DNA of 62,940 nt, filler included, from Octopus bimaculoides (Eukaryota), in NCBI RefSeq assembly GCF_001194135.2. It is 7 parts of 7 records of this genome, joined end to end, with 100 filler letters (N's around TTAATTAATTAA, not from the genome) between each part and the next. Parts side by side here need not be neighbours in the genome. Positions count along the whole stretch, not along the records: positions 1 to 5,953 come from NC_068987.1; positions 6,054 to 27,391 come from NC_068998.1; 5 more parts are not named here. The stretch is one strand, 5' to 3'. The position numbers were made by a program, and so were the translations under genes. Shown piece after piece: positions 1 through 12,383 of this stretch (the stretch's first letter is position 1; each line of letters starts with the position of its first letter). Below the pieces are notes generated by a model. That model saw only the letters and a program-made list of their open reading frames with translations, did no database searches and had not been told where the DNA came from.

Positions 1-21
1 TACAAAACAAAAGTCAAACAT

Positions 22-23
22 AA

Positions 24-97
<74 letters not shown>

Positions 98-101
98 CAA
101 T

Positions 102-137
<36 letters not shown>

Positions 138-179
138 AATAATAATAACAACAATAATAACAACAACAACAACAACAAC

Positions 180-207
<28 letters not shown>
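22..207. repeat. (AAT)n/(AAC)n then (TAT)n compound microsatellite
   Basis: Direct tandem trinucleotide repeats. Confidence 0.97.
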
Positions 208-209
<2 letters not shown>

Positions 210-210
<1 letters not shown>

Positions 211-781
211 ATACTAGATGCAGTACCAGGCACTGGCTCTCATGGCTTTTGATCTTAACTGACTGGAAGTGTTATCATGTACATTGTTTTATTTTGGCGT
301 AAGATGATTGGCTACAGCGAATATCCTGCTCAATACCACAGATTTGCTTGTCAGTTGTTTGATCTTAACCAGTTGTGTATGTCCCTTCGTGGCTGACGAT
401 ATGTGCATCTCTGATCATGAGCAGAAGTAGTGGAGGAGCATCATAGCCATGTGTTAAGAGGAATTTTTGGGTTTTGAATATTTCACGTCTGGAAACATAG
501 GTGTTTTGTTCATCATCCTTAAAATAAACCTTATTCAGAGACATTTTGAGTGTGATGGGCTACTCGACCTAAAGAAAATTCTAACTGCGCTCCACCTGCA
601 AGATCATGTGCTGTTAATCTTGATATGAGATCACCATGTCGTGCACATATGGTAGTGATGCATGTGTACCATGGTGTACCATTGTTGGACGAGGAGTCAT
701 GATAGGTATATTGAGCTTCGTATATTTTACCCCAGTGTCACTTTGATGGTATGCACTGCTCTCTTACTGAATAATAATAAT
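210..781 (+). mobile_element. AAT-tailed retroposon segment (probable LINE 3' UTR or non-autonomous partner)
   Basis: Non-coding block between AAT arrays ending ...TACTGAATAATAATAA, the same terminus as the R4/Dong-like copies near 1671 and 32520. Confidence 0.5.
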
Positions 782-995
782 AGCCTTTTCTACTGTAGGC
801 ACAAGGCCAGACATTTTGGTGGAAGGGGACTAGTCGATTAGCTCGACCCAAGTATGCAACTGGTACTTAATTTATCGACCCCGAAAGGATGAAAAGCAAG
901 GGTGATCTCGGCAGAATTTGAAATGAGAAAGTAGCAACGGGCGAACTACCGCTAAGCATTTCGTCCGGCGTGCTTACGATTCTGCCAGCTCGCCG
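781..995 (-). mobile_element. tRNA-derived SINE family A
   Basis: Matches in-window copies at 38620 and 56098 (ATTTATCGACCCCGAAAGGATGAAA...CCGCTAAGCATTTCG...CTGCCAGCTCGCC). Confidence 0.85.
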
Positions 996-1518
996 ATAGA
1001 ACTATTTTCACACAGAACAGATACGTATATGCAGCAAGCACTGAATAACCTAAAGCAACATATGCAACATACCTCATACAAGACAATAAAATAATACAAC
1101 TCACATTACGCACAACGGAATATACACCAGTGTAAAAAGAAGCAAGAAACCAAACTCCGTAGCAAAACAAACTTGTTCAGTACACCAACAGGAGACAATA
1201 CTCGCACGATCATCTCACAAGCAGCAACACAATCCCGCACACACGTCGGGAACAAGGAGATGCACTAGATGGTGCAGTTGAAACTAGCACGAAAATAACG
1301 AAGCCAAATTTTTCACAATAATATTACTAACAATGATGATACAATAATAACAATAATAATGATAATGATAATACTAATTAAAAAAAATAATGGTAATAAT
1401 AATAGTAGTAATAATAATGGTAATAATAATAATAATGATAATAATAATAATGGTATAATAATGATAATAGTAATAATACTACTACTAATAATAATAATTA
1501 TGATGATGATGATGATGA
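996..1518 (+). mobile_element. Possible retroposon 3' UTR with degenerate AAT tail
   Basis: Ends AAACTAGCACGAAAATAA...CACAATAATA, loosely like the R4-like terminus AAAGCACGTGATAAAAATAA; followed by an AAT/GAT array. Confidence 0.3.
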
Positions 1519-1688
1519 ACAGAAAATAGCACTACTGGGCACTGCACACATCCTACGCAAAACATTTTCAATACAGTAACCATAAGAGCATCACAGCAAA
1601 CCACAGCACATACCCAAGGCACACAGTGCTGCGCTCGGTAGTGAAGTGAAAGCACGTGATAAAAATAAAACTACTGAATAATAATAAC

Positions 1689-1740
<52 letters not shown>
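1519..1740 (+). mobile_element. R4/Dong-like LINE 3' end with (AAT)n tail
   Basis: Encodes QKIALLGTAHILRK-type C-terminus; 3' UTR nearly identical to reverse complement of 30440-30600 and 32520-32690. Confidence 0.85.
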
Positions 1741-2282
1741 CTCTCAATGGTGGAGAATTTCATGCGGCATTTTCCAGGGTCGCTCTCTATCACCACTCCT
1801 CTTTTATCTAGCCTTAATGCCTCTTGCGAAATTGCTAGATGATGTGCAAAACGGTTGTAAAATATTTGACAAAAATATATGTCATCTCATTTACATGAAT
1901 GATTTAAAGGCCTTTGGAAAAAATAATCAACAACTACAGGGTTTACTAGCGATTGTTAAACAATTCAGTGATGACATCAGGATGCAATTTCGCCTCGATA
2001 AATGTGCAAAAGCTACCTTTATCAAAAGGAAAATGACAGAAACATCTAACGTTAATCTTGACCGGCAGAATCTCACAAAGGAGTTAGAACCAGCGGAGAG
2101 CTACAAATACCTAGGAGTATTTGAAGGGGACGGAATCTAACATTCAGTGATGAGGGCAAGGATCAGAAGAGAATGTTATCGCAGGGTAAGGGCAATACTC
2201 AAGACAGACCTGAATGCAAGAAACAGAATCGAAGCGATCAATACTTTAGCCATACCTGTCGTGACTTACAGTTTCAATATCG
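1741..2282 (+). pseudogene. R4/Dong-clade non-LTR reverse transcriptase fragment
   Basis: LSPLLFYLALMPL, HLIYMNDLK (YMDD variant), QFRLDKCAK, YKYLGV, RVRAILKTDLNARNRIEAINTLAIPVVTYSF; in-frame stop near 2140. Confidence 0.9.
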
Positions 2283-2554
2283 GCATTATACGTACTCCTC
2301 AGTAAAGGAGAGTATTTTCCCTTGCTGACAAAGATAACATTTCATAATGTGAATGATCACAAAACTTTTACTGCTTCCAAATTTTAGTGACAAAATAAAA
2401 TAAGAATGTTTTATTATAAATTCATGAAAATATAACAATACGCCTTCCTTATAGCGACAATACGTTATCGAATAGTTAACAGGATGTAATGTCTACAATG
2501 ACTAATTACTATTTTTATTGCACAAAGAAACCATAGCTATAGAATTTCCTTTCT

Positions 2555-3137
2555 ATTGTCTAATCATAACAGTTCCATTGCGTCATACTGACAGCACACC
2601 ATCTCAATAATGACAGTATAGCATCTATACAACATTGGGACACTATTTCTAGCAATATAATGCATACCGCGGCTAGGTTAATAAAATACACAAGCTATAT
2701 AATAGCGCGTAACGTCTATGCTAAGAACACACCATGTACCGTATCTACAGTAACAGTGCTATTCAGTTATTTACTAACAAAACATGCTATCTCTATAAAC
2801 AACGTACCATTTCGATCATGACGACACTCCCACCAGCCCTGTCGAAATAATACTTCAACTGTTTAGTAACAAATGGACATCTCTATAGTAATACATCGTC
2901 GCTTAGTAACAGCGCTCAGTGTCTATAGTATCAAAACATGCCATCGCTATAGAGGTAGCTCATAACTGATAAAATACACAATATTTCTATAGTAACAACA
3001 TATATAAACATTATAACAAAACCACGGGTATATAGAACAACAGACATTATCTGTGTAGAAACCACACTCCGTTGCTGTGCTAACGACATGTTCACTTTGT
3101 GTTTAGTAACAACACGTTCATGTCTATAGCAGAAACA
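2555..3137. promoter_or_regulatory. Homotypic cluster of RFX/X-box-like motifs
   Basis: More than ten 12-14-mers such as GTCGCTTAGTAAC (2898), ATTTCTATAGTAAC (2983), GTATCTACAGTAAC (2741), GTTGCTGTGCTAAC (3071), ATCTCTATAGTAAT (2879), separated by unrelated spacers. Confidence 0.5.
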
Positions 3138-3499
3138 AAATGAGACACCTAGACACACCATATGAGTCGAGATAACTTACCAATTCTACAACAATGCTAC
3201 TTGAAATAGCTTTACACAAACCATGAATGTTGTGAAATATGCCACCAACTGACCGATCGTATTATAACAGCTACGCCTGATCTTTGTCGACCTGATTATA
3301 GTTTCCTTCTAAACATCACGATATTCGTTTATCGTATTAGTCACTTCTGACTCTTTCACTTATTTCTTATACTCCAAATATTCTGTTTCCCAGTTTTGTT
3401 AACCCTCCATCACACGTAACCCCACTCACCATCAATTCCCTTCTATATCGTGCCCCCCCCCACTCTCTCCATTTTCTTTTACCTCTCAACTTTTCGTTG

Positions 3500-3900
3500 C
3501 AACAATCTATACCCCAGAGGATAACCACTAAATTATGTTCACAATATTTTCTCCGACCTGAATCTGCATTTTTCACATTGATCATTCATGAGTTCTTGCT
3601 CAATTTGTTTTCATTTAGTCCTGAAAGGAACAATCAAATTTGGCCTCTTTTAGAAAATGAGCCACAGAGGTTCAGACTAATGAGCTGATGGAGGTTAGTG
3701 ATTAGTGACACCTTATGCCTCGAGGGATAATTGCCTTGACATACATTTCGTGTAAATGTTACCCCAGATAATATAAGGTTGTAATCAACATGGCCAAACT
3801 CCTCAAGCAACCTCAACACATCAATAAAAGCAACCGAAGTTTCATTTAAGAACAGTATAATTATTTGCTTCCCTCTCTTTACTGTCAATAAATATTTCCA
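3500..3900 (-). pseudogene. Possible decayed L1/Tx1-type RT fragment
   Basis: IILFLNETSVAFIDVLRLLEEFGHV resembles the segment after YADD in L1/Tx1 RTs; the YADD motif itself is absent. Confidence 0.35.
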
Positions 3901-5997
3901 CCATATTTTTAGAACACCACCTATTACATATCAATTGACAAGTATTTTGAGCACCTCTTGTAATTTGCTCCGGCAATGGCTTCTGAAGACAGCTACAACG
4001 CCTCGGGTGTTTATAGCGGAAGGACAATTGTCGGTTAGGTTTTTAGTCTTATCACGGATATGACAAACGCATGAAGGCAGCTTGGAAATGCCTACTAAAC
4101 CTCAAGGGAATTTAAAGGATCAATGTTTAACACAGGTTATATGACACGAGGCAGGTAATATGTGTATGTTTGTGCATATTTCTGTGTGTATTGCTTGTGC
4201 GTGCGGGCGTGTATGTGTGTGCGTGTATATATATATATATATATAAGTGTGTATGTGAGAGAGAGTAACCTCAATTCATTTGTATGCACAATTCAAATGT
4301 ATCGAAAGAAAATTCCTTAAATGATCTAATGATGGCTATTTCTGGTTGCAGCTTTGGTGTTATTATGACTTAATTATGACACTAACTTAATTGTTGCAAA
4401 TCACTTCTAATTCCATTTTTATTCACTCCAGTCAATGAAGTAAATTTACTTATAAATTTAGCAAATTTTTCATTAGAATGAATCGCAGTTTCGCTGATGA
4501 AATGTATATTTAATTCAAGTTGACGTTTTAGTTCACCCTGCATTTAATATATTATCATCGAATTAATAGTTGTGTATTTTATTGTTCCTGGGGAGAGCCA
4601 TTCTCTTTTAGCGTCTCATTATTTAACACACTCACCGGTTCGATTTCCACTCAATTAGCTATTTATTTTTATCTAAAATTTTTGTTGCGTTTTGCAACCT
4701 TTTCAATAGTCATTGACTCGGTCCGTTTGTAGTGTAGTTGTGTTAAATAGCCAGGTTTGGTTTTTATTCTCATTTTCTTGAAGCCGATATAATAGGGTAC
4801 AAATCAAGCACAGGATCGAATCATTTGACTGCACACTTCGTTCACAGCGTACGGCGTTTTGCGGATACTAGAATCCAGATAAAATCGATAGGGAAACAGA
4901 AAAAATACTTTGCAGTATTTACTTAGCTTTATGTTCTGAGATCGAACCACGCCAATAACGACCTATCGTTTCTTCCATCTAGGGTCGATGGATTAAATTA
5001 TCCACCCAGTACAGAGACCGATATAATTAATACTTCCTCCCTTTCTGAACAATTTTCTGGTTTCTCCCTACATAAGTAATTTTTCTTAGATTAGACAAAA
5101 TTATTTCGCTGTAATTTCATCGGAGTCGACTTTGCATTACATCTTTTCGGGGACAATGAAGTAAATAAGATATCAAGTACATGTGTTGATGATGTCATGT
5201 AATCCCATCTCAAATATGGCTGACTTGTTAGAGGCCATTATTATATCTAAACCAGAATATGTATGGAAGTGGTAAGCTTCATGCATTTTCCAAAATGATA
5301 AATCTTGCATGTTGATTATAAATGTCTAAAAAAGAAATACTATCATAAATATGAAACTCCTTGCGTTTTCGTGCCGTCTGATTGAATTTATATGTACTCA
5401 CCTAAAACAACAACAAGAAAAGCAACAATATCTCCCATAAGAAAAACACATGTAGTGTGAAAATATACGAAAGAAAGACGAAGTGGTTATGTATAGAACG
5501 CCTATGGACATTAGTTTATATATTCAGAAGTTGATGTGTGGTTAAACAACATTTTATTTTTCTTAAGGCAGTGCTCCAGCATGGCCGCAGTCAAAATGAC
5601 TGAAACAAGTAAAAGAATATAGGAACTCGGCCTAAATTTCTGAGAAGGTGAATCGATTACATCGACTTCAATGCTTGTCTGGTACTTCATTTTATCAACT
5701 CCAAAAACGGACGAAAAGTAAAGTTCGGTTTGAACACTAAATTTAAACAGACAGAAGAAATATAACTAAGCATTATATACGGTTGATGTAACGATTTTGT
5801 CAGCTTGTCGACTTCGTGGTCATGTGACAAAAAAAAAAAAAAGAAGAATCTATTTTCAAAACTTAATGAGATAGGTAGAATTGTTTTGATTTGAACTTCG
5901 AAACGTGTGGACGTATTAAACAAGATATTGATTATAAAATATTAAATTGATATNNNNNNNNNNNNNNNNNNNNNNNNNNNNNNNNNNNNNNNNNNNN

Positions 5998-6009
5998 TTA
6001 ATTAATTAA
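5998..6009. other. TTAATTAATTAA assembly spacer between N runs (also 27436, 44876, 48145, 59132, 60587)
   Basis: Identical 12-mer with stops in all six frames, always embedded in N blocks. Confidence 0.95.
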
Positions 6010-6949
6010 NNNNNNNNNNNNNNNNNNNNNNNNNNNNNNNNNNNNNNNNNNNNTATATATGTATGTCTACATGTTTGTATGGGTATATGTATGTGTGTGT
6101 GTGCGCGTGTGTGTAAATATAGGTATGTAGGAAAGTAGGTTAGTATCTTATATTATAAATGCTTGGTTATATATATACATATATATATACTTGTATGTAC
6201 CAAAGTATATATGCATATATGTATGTATTTAAATCAGATTTCCTATCTCAAAAGTTTTATCAAATGAAATTATTACACACGTATGTATACATTGATACAT
6301 ATGTATGTGCGCGCGCGTCAATACACACACACGCGCGCGCACACACACACACATACACACACATATATACATTGGGAGAGAGTGACGGAAAAAGCGAGAA
6401 AGAGAAAATTCTAACATATTCTATGTTTACGGCGTTTAGTACATTGTGTTTTGATATACTTATCAAAGTTCATGGCGCGGCTCGATTTGTGTTATTCTCC
6501 TTGGCCCATCTTATTTTTAATTAGGTAAATTATTCTGGCTAAAAGTATGAACTCCATATCAATATGTAAATATCTACCCACTGATCCGAAATCTATGACT
6601 GCATTACGTTGATGAAATGATGTTGACCAAAACGTATGTACACATACACGCAGAGTTCAGTCTTCATCTTTATCCTTATCCATTATATATATATCCCTTT
6701 TATCTTTTACATGTAGCGCCCTCTAGACTTGGCTGTTGACACAAAGGATATAATCATCTTCTCACAACACAGACTGAGATTATATATTTCAATTCGAAAA
6801 GTAGGAACGCGAGGAAGAAAATGTATAAAGTTCACATTTATAATTTTCTATTACAAAGTTCTTACAACTTCTAGTTGGTAGTAATATCATCTATAGCGTT
6901 ATTTCATTCTTTTTAGAAATTTCCAACATGATGTAGCCTGTTTTACGCT

Positions 6950-7230
6950 TTTAATTGTTTCAGTAATTTGACTGCGGCCATGCATGAGCACCGCCTCGAA
7001 GGGCTTTAGTCGAACAAATCGACCCTAGAACTTATTCTTTGTAAGCCTAGTACNNNNNNNNNNNNNNNNNNNNNNNNNNNNNNNNNNNNNNNNNNNNNNN
7101 NNNNNNNCAAATCGACCCTAGAACTTATTCTTTGTAAGCCTAGTACTTATTCTATCGAACCCTTTTTGCCAACCGCTAAGTTACAGGAACGTAAACACAC
7201 CAACATCGGTTTCAAGTGATAGTGGGGTGG
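6950..7230 (-). mobile_element. SINE family B, 3' half
   Basis: GACTGCGGCCATG...CTTATTCTTTGTAAGCCTAGTACTTATTCTATCG...CCGCTAAGTTAC matches 32914-33030 and 49850-50030. Confidence 0.85.
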
Positions 7231-7689
7231 GAGGCGAACAAAGACACAACCATACACACAATGATATATATATATGAGTGTACAAGTATTTATACACGGA
7301 GAGGTCACACTTGACAGGATGCGTTACATGCTAGAAAGGGCAGCCAAAACCCAAACCACGAAAAAAAGTAATTCTAANNNNNNNNNNAAACCCAAACCAC
7401 GAAAAAAAGTAATTCTAAAGAGAATGAAAAAAATTATGTGTAGTTAACCCCAAACTCGAGTTTTTGTATTAATGAACAAATAAACTAAATTGTCATCCGT
7501 ACTACGTCAGTGGGATCACTAAGTCAAGCATAATCATGTAGCTAATAGTTACCGAAATCACACGTGCGTGCTGCATATTTATACATTATGTTTTCAAATC
7601 AACCGCGTAAGCGCAGTCACATAGTCAGCAGCAAATAATTTCTACCCTTATAATTTTCACAGTATATGTATATATGTGTGTGTGTGTGT

Positions 7690-7851
7690 ATACGACGGGC
7701 TTCTTTNNNNNNNNNNNNNNCAAATCAACACACAAAGCTTTGGTCGTTCCAAGGCTTATAGTAGAAGCCCAAGGTGCCACGCAGTGGGAATGAACCCTGA
7801 ATCATGCGGCTGGGAAGCAAGCTTCTTACCGCACAACGACGCCCGCGCCTA
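7690..7851 (-). mobile_element. tRNA-derived SINE family B, 5' half
   Basis: Reverse complement of the GGCGCAGGAGTGGCTGTGTGGTAAGAAGCTTGCTTCCC...GGCACCTTGGGCAAG consensus seen in other in-window copies. Confidence 0.85.
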
Positions 7852-8861
7852 TATATGCTCATAATGTATATATGTATGTATGTATGTATGTGTATATATA
7901 CAATATAATGTGTGTATACTCGTATATACATACGTATATGTGGTGTTGGGAGGGAATGTACACAAACAACAAATACACAAGAAGAGTATTAGAAACGAAA
8001 ATTGAGCAAAGATGATGTCTCATCTCTTTCACTAAGGTGTATATCGGTTTCAACACCTCAGACAGAACTGCATAATTCTGGAGTTAACAACCGTTGTATA
8101 CAGTTGATAAGCAATATGTATCAGGTTACTGACATGGAAAGATATGATTAACTGTGTAGTAAAACCTGGATATATAGATCTCTGTTCTCCTAATTTTTTA
8201 TCAATTTATATATATATATATATANNNNNNNNNNATATATATATATATATATGCACACATCGCACTTCTACACACACGCACAGACTCACACAATCACACA
8301 CACACACATATATATTTGTCTGTCGGGATATCTATCTACAATTTATCTCTAGTTCTGTTCTGATCATTGATTTCTCATCCATCTTTCAATGCATCAGACA
8401 AGCAGACATATCAGTGTCTTCCCCGGTATTTATTCAGTGTAATCGTTCCTCTTTTATGCGTATTTTCTTCCTCGTTGCACGCACACTACTATATTGCGTT
8501 GCTGTCTTTTGTTGTATTTTCCCTATAATCGATCCATGTTTTGTTTCTTATCGTAAAAGGATATAATGTTCTAATCAACCAGTGTTTACCTTTTCTGCCC
8601 TAACCCTAACCATACATACGACCTTTTCCCTGCTTTTATGCTTTCTTCTTTTCACCTGTACATTTTTCTTTCTTTTTTTTTTGTGCCATGTTGTTACGTA
8701 AGCAAAACGTCAATGTTCGAAACCTGGTACACAATTCTTTTATTCTGTATATTTCTCATTTNNNNNNNNNNNNNNNNNNNNNNNNNNNNNNNNNNNNNNN
8801 NNNNNNNNNNNNNNNNNNNNNNNNNNNNNNNNNNNNNNNNNNNNNNNNNNNNNNNNNNNNN

Positions 8862-8974
8862 TGATGATGATGTTGATGATAATGAAGTTGGTAAGGAGGG
8901 AGAAGAGGCGTTGGTGGTGGCGGTGGTGGTTGTCTTGATGGTGGTAGTAATGGTGATATTGTTGTTGTTGTTCT

Positions 8975-9006
<32 letters not shown>

Positions 9007-9590
9007 ATGATGGTGACTGAAACAATGGAGATGATGATGATGATGATGCTAAAATAATGACGACGATGATGATGATGACGATGGCGACGACAACTGCCAC
9101 CATGACAACAGCAACTGTTCTCTTGATTGTGATAATTACGATATCTTTATTTTTCGATAACAATGAAACTTAATTGCAGAATGTGGAAAATATGTAATTA
9201 TATAATGTCGGAAATAACAACACAAATAATGTTGGAAACAAGATGGAAGGAATGAAGAGGAAGAAGAGGAAGAAGAAGAAGGATTAGGGAGGCGGTGGTG
9301 ATGGTGGTGGTGGTGGGAGTTGCCGTTGATGAAATGTGTTAAATATCGAGGGGTAGTGAAAAGGGAGAAATGGAAAGTAAAACGACGATAGTGATGATGA
9401 TGATGGTGAGGATGATGATGGTGGTGGTGGTGGTGGTGGTGGTGTAGGTTGTGATGTCAGGGATGATAATGGTGGTAGTAATGTTATTGGTGGTGGCGGT
9501 GGTGGCGGTGGTGGTGGAGATGATGATGATGCTGGTGTGTATGAGTGTGTAGGTGTGTGTGTAGGTGGGGGTGGAGTGTGTGCGCGCGCG
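8862..9590. repeat. Compound (GAT)n/(GGT)n/(GAA)n low-complexity region
   Basis: Direct trinucleotide repeats. Confidence 0.9.
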
Positions 9591-9619
9591 TTAACATCTG
9601 AGTAGAACAAGAAAACGGT

Positions 9620-10299
9620 GAAGTGAACAGAGGTAAAAATCTGTCAAGTGAGGAAGGGAGAGAAATATAGAAGAGAGAGTGAGAGAGGGAGAGAGGGGGA
9701 ACTGAGAGGTGGAGAGAGAAGGGGAGAGTGAGAGAGGGACAATGAGAGAGAGATAAAGAGAGATAAAGAGAGAAAGGGAAGAGAAAAAGACAGAGAGAAA
9801 GTGAGAGGGGGAGAGAGGGAGAAAGAGAAAATGAGAGAGGCCAGTGAAAGAGAGAGAGGGAGATAAAGAGAGAAGGATAGATACAGAAAGAGAGAGGAGA
9901 AAGGGGAAGAGTGAGAAGAAGAGAGAAAAAAGAGCGGGGAAGATAGGGAGAAAAAGAGAAAGAGAGAGGGGAGAGTAAAAGAATGAGAGGGAGGAAAAGA
10001 GGGAGAGAGAGAGAGGGAGAGACGGCAAGAAGGAAAAACAGAGGAGAGAGAGAATGGAAAGAGGGAGGGAGAGAGGGAGAGAGAAAGAGAGAAAGAGATG
10101 GGTGAGACTGAGTGAGAGAAATAGAAAGAAAGAGATTGAGAGTGAAAGAAAGATAAGAAAGAGAGCGAAAGAGACAGGAAAAAGATACTTATAGGATGAC
10201 AGCAAACAGAAGAAGAAGAAGAAGAAGAAGAAGAAGAAGAAGAAGAAGAAGAAGAAGAAGAAGAAGAAGAAGAAGAAGAAGAAGAAGAAGAAGAAGAAG
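9620..10299. repeat. GA-rich polypurine tract ending in (GAA)n
   Basis: About 680 bp almost entirely A/G on the + strand; pure GAA run at about 10209-10299. Confidence 0.95.
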
Positions 10300-10694
10300 A
10301 TAATGGTCAGCACCGGCAGACGAATATAAATAGATGTTTAAGAAGCTTTGCGAAGTGTGTTGCAGAAAATGCGAAGAAATAATGCTGCTTAAAAGGTATT
10401 TTCCCCCAGACGCATCGAACGAAAACATGCAGTCATATCGACATTTGATCACACAGATGCTCCTACGAATACAAACACACAAGCAAACACGCATATATGT
10501 GTGTATGTATACATATATATATGTATATGTGTGTATGTAGGTTTGTGGGTGGGTGTATTTATGCCAATGTTGAGTGGGTGCTTTAGTTGTATATGTCTGC
10601 ATGAAAATTACTTTGCATACTTAAAGCTTCTTAAGTATAAATTCATATTCGTTGACCTGTCTTGCTATGTCGTAAAAGTAAATGAATCTATCTA

Positions 10695-10749
<55 letters not shown>

Positions 10750-11072
10750 NNNNNNNNNNNNNNNNNNNNNNNNNNNNNNNNNNNNNNNNNNNNNNNNNNN
10801 NNNNNNNNNNNNNNNNNNNNNNNNNNNNNNNNNNNNNNNNNNNNNNNNNNNNNNNNNNNNNNNNNNNNNNNNNNNNNNNNNNNNNNNNNNNNNNNNNNNN
10901 NNNNNNNNNNNNNNNNNNNNNNNNNNNNNNNNNNNNNNNNNNNNNNNNNNNNNNNNNNNNNNNNNNNNNNNNNNNNNNNNNNNNNNNNNNNNNNNNNNNN
11001 NNNNNNNNNNNNNNNNNNNNNNNNNNNNNNNNNNNNNNNNNNNNNNNNNNNNNNNNNNNNNNNNNNNNNNNN

Positions 11073-11127
<55 letters not shown>

Positions 11128-11909
11128 CATATATATGTAAATATATATTATATGCATTTGTATGTATGTGTATAAATATGTAAGTAGGTATATACACACA
11201 CATATATATATATATATATAGATAGATAGATAGATTCATTTACATATATACACACACACATATACTTACATATGTATATACATACATATGTATATGTGTA
11301 TGTATGTATGTGTGTGTGTATGTATGTATGTATGCATGTATGTATGTATGTATATCCCTAAAAATTGCTATTATAATTGCGTAGTTATAATCATTTATAA
11401 CGTAAGAAACACATATCGAGAATATTTCGAAATATGAATTTCAAAATTCAAAATTGCTCTTCAAGAGGAAAAAAGTAAATTGCAAAAAGGAAACTGGATG
11501 ATTATACTGATGAAGAGTGATAAGGAAGAAATATAAATACAATACTAAAAATATAACATGTAATAATGTTCGCTCAAGAATCAGTCGTTCGAATGAATGT
11601 GAATTTTGTAATTCATATTTCAAATGTCGCTGATGACGTGTTCCTTATGCACCATATAATTATTATTATTATATAACTATAATAGTAGTATTACGTAAGA
11701 ATTATTGAAACAGGCGTAAGAATGATTATCTTGAAATATCGCTGATATTGTTTTTTTTTAAATTTCAAATGTACTTTGTTCTGTTCATGCATTGAAGCTT
11801 ATTCCACCAGTATATTCAACATAACGCTCATACACGTGCTTTACGTAAATGTGCAACAAGGTGGGGAAAAGAGTACTCAAATACCAGAGGTAGAGTAATA
11901 TGCTTTATT

Positions 11910-12048
11910 TCTTCCTGTTTCCGCCTACCAAATCCACTCACAAGGCTTTAATCGGACCGAGTCTATAGTAGAAAGCACTTGCCCAAGGTGCCACGCTGTG
12001 GGACTGAACCCAGAACCATGTAATTGGGAACCAAGCTTCTTATCATAC
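11910..12048 (-). mobile_element. SINE family B, 5' half
   Basis: CCAAATCCACTCACAAGGCTTT...CACTTGCCCAAGGTGCCACGC...GGGACTGAACCC. Confidence 0.88.
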
Positions 12049-12242
12049 ATCTGCATTTGCTGAAAATATCTGATCCAGAATCCATCAGTGCCGTAGTATT
12101 TTTAGATCTAAAAAGGAATTCAACGTCTGATTTTGTATAATGCATTCTTAATACACAATGGTCTTCAAATCGCACCAGATACAGAGCATTATATTCTTCG
12201 GATAGTGACCGTCTTTTAGAGAGATTATATAATATATATATA

Positions 12243-12383
12243 GGGGCAGAAGTGGTTGTGTGGTAAGTAGTTCTGGGTTCAGTCTCACTGCGTGGCACCT
12301 TGGGCAAGTGTCTTCTGCTATAGCCTCAGACCGACCAAAGCCTTGTGAATGGATTTGGTAGAGGAAACTGAAAGAAGCTCGTC

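Noticed and set aside
4660-4725. Minus-strand TTGAAAA-GGTTGC-AAAAC-GCAAC-AAAA hammerhead-like hairpin
   Set aside because: Both core motifs are mutated and no stem I or III is evident in this copy
8330-8480. Minus-strand frame that stays open if TGA is read as Trp (possible NUMT)
   Set aside because: The peptide resembles no mitochondrial protein I recognise
8598-8611. CCCTAACCCTAACC telomere-like repeat
   Set aside because: Only two units; expected by chance
9591-10313. 240-aa hydrophobic ORF resembling a membrane protein
   Set aside because: Antisense reading of the GA/GAA tract
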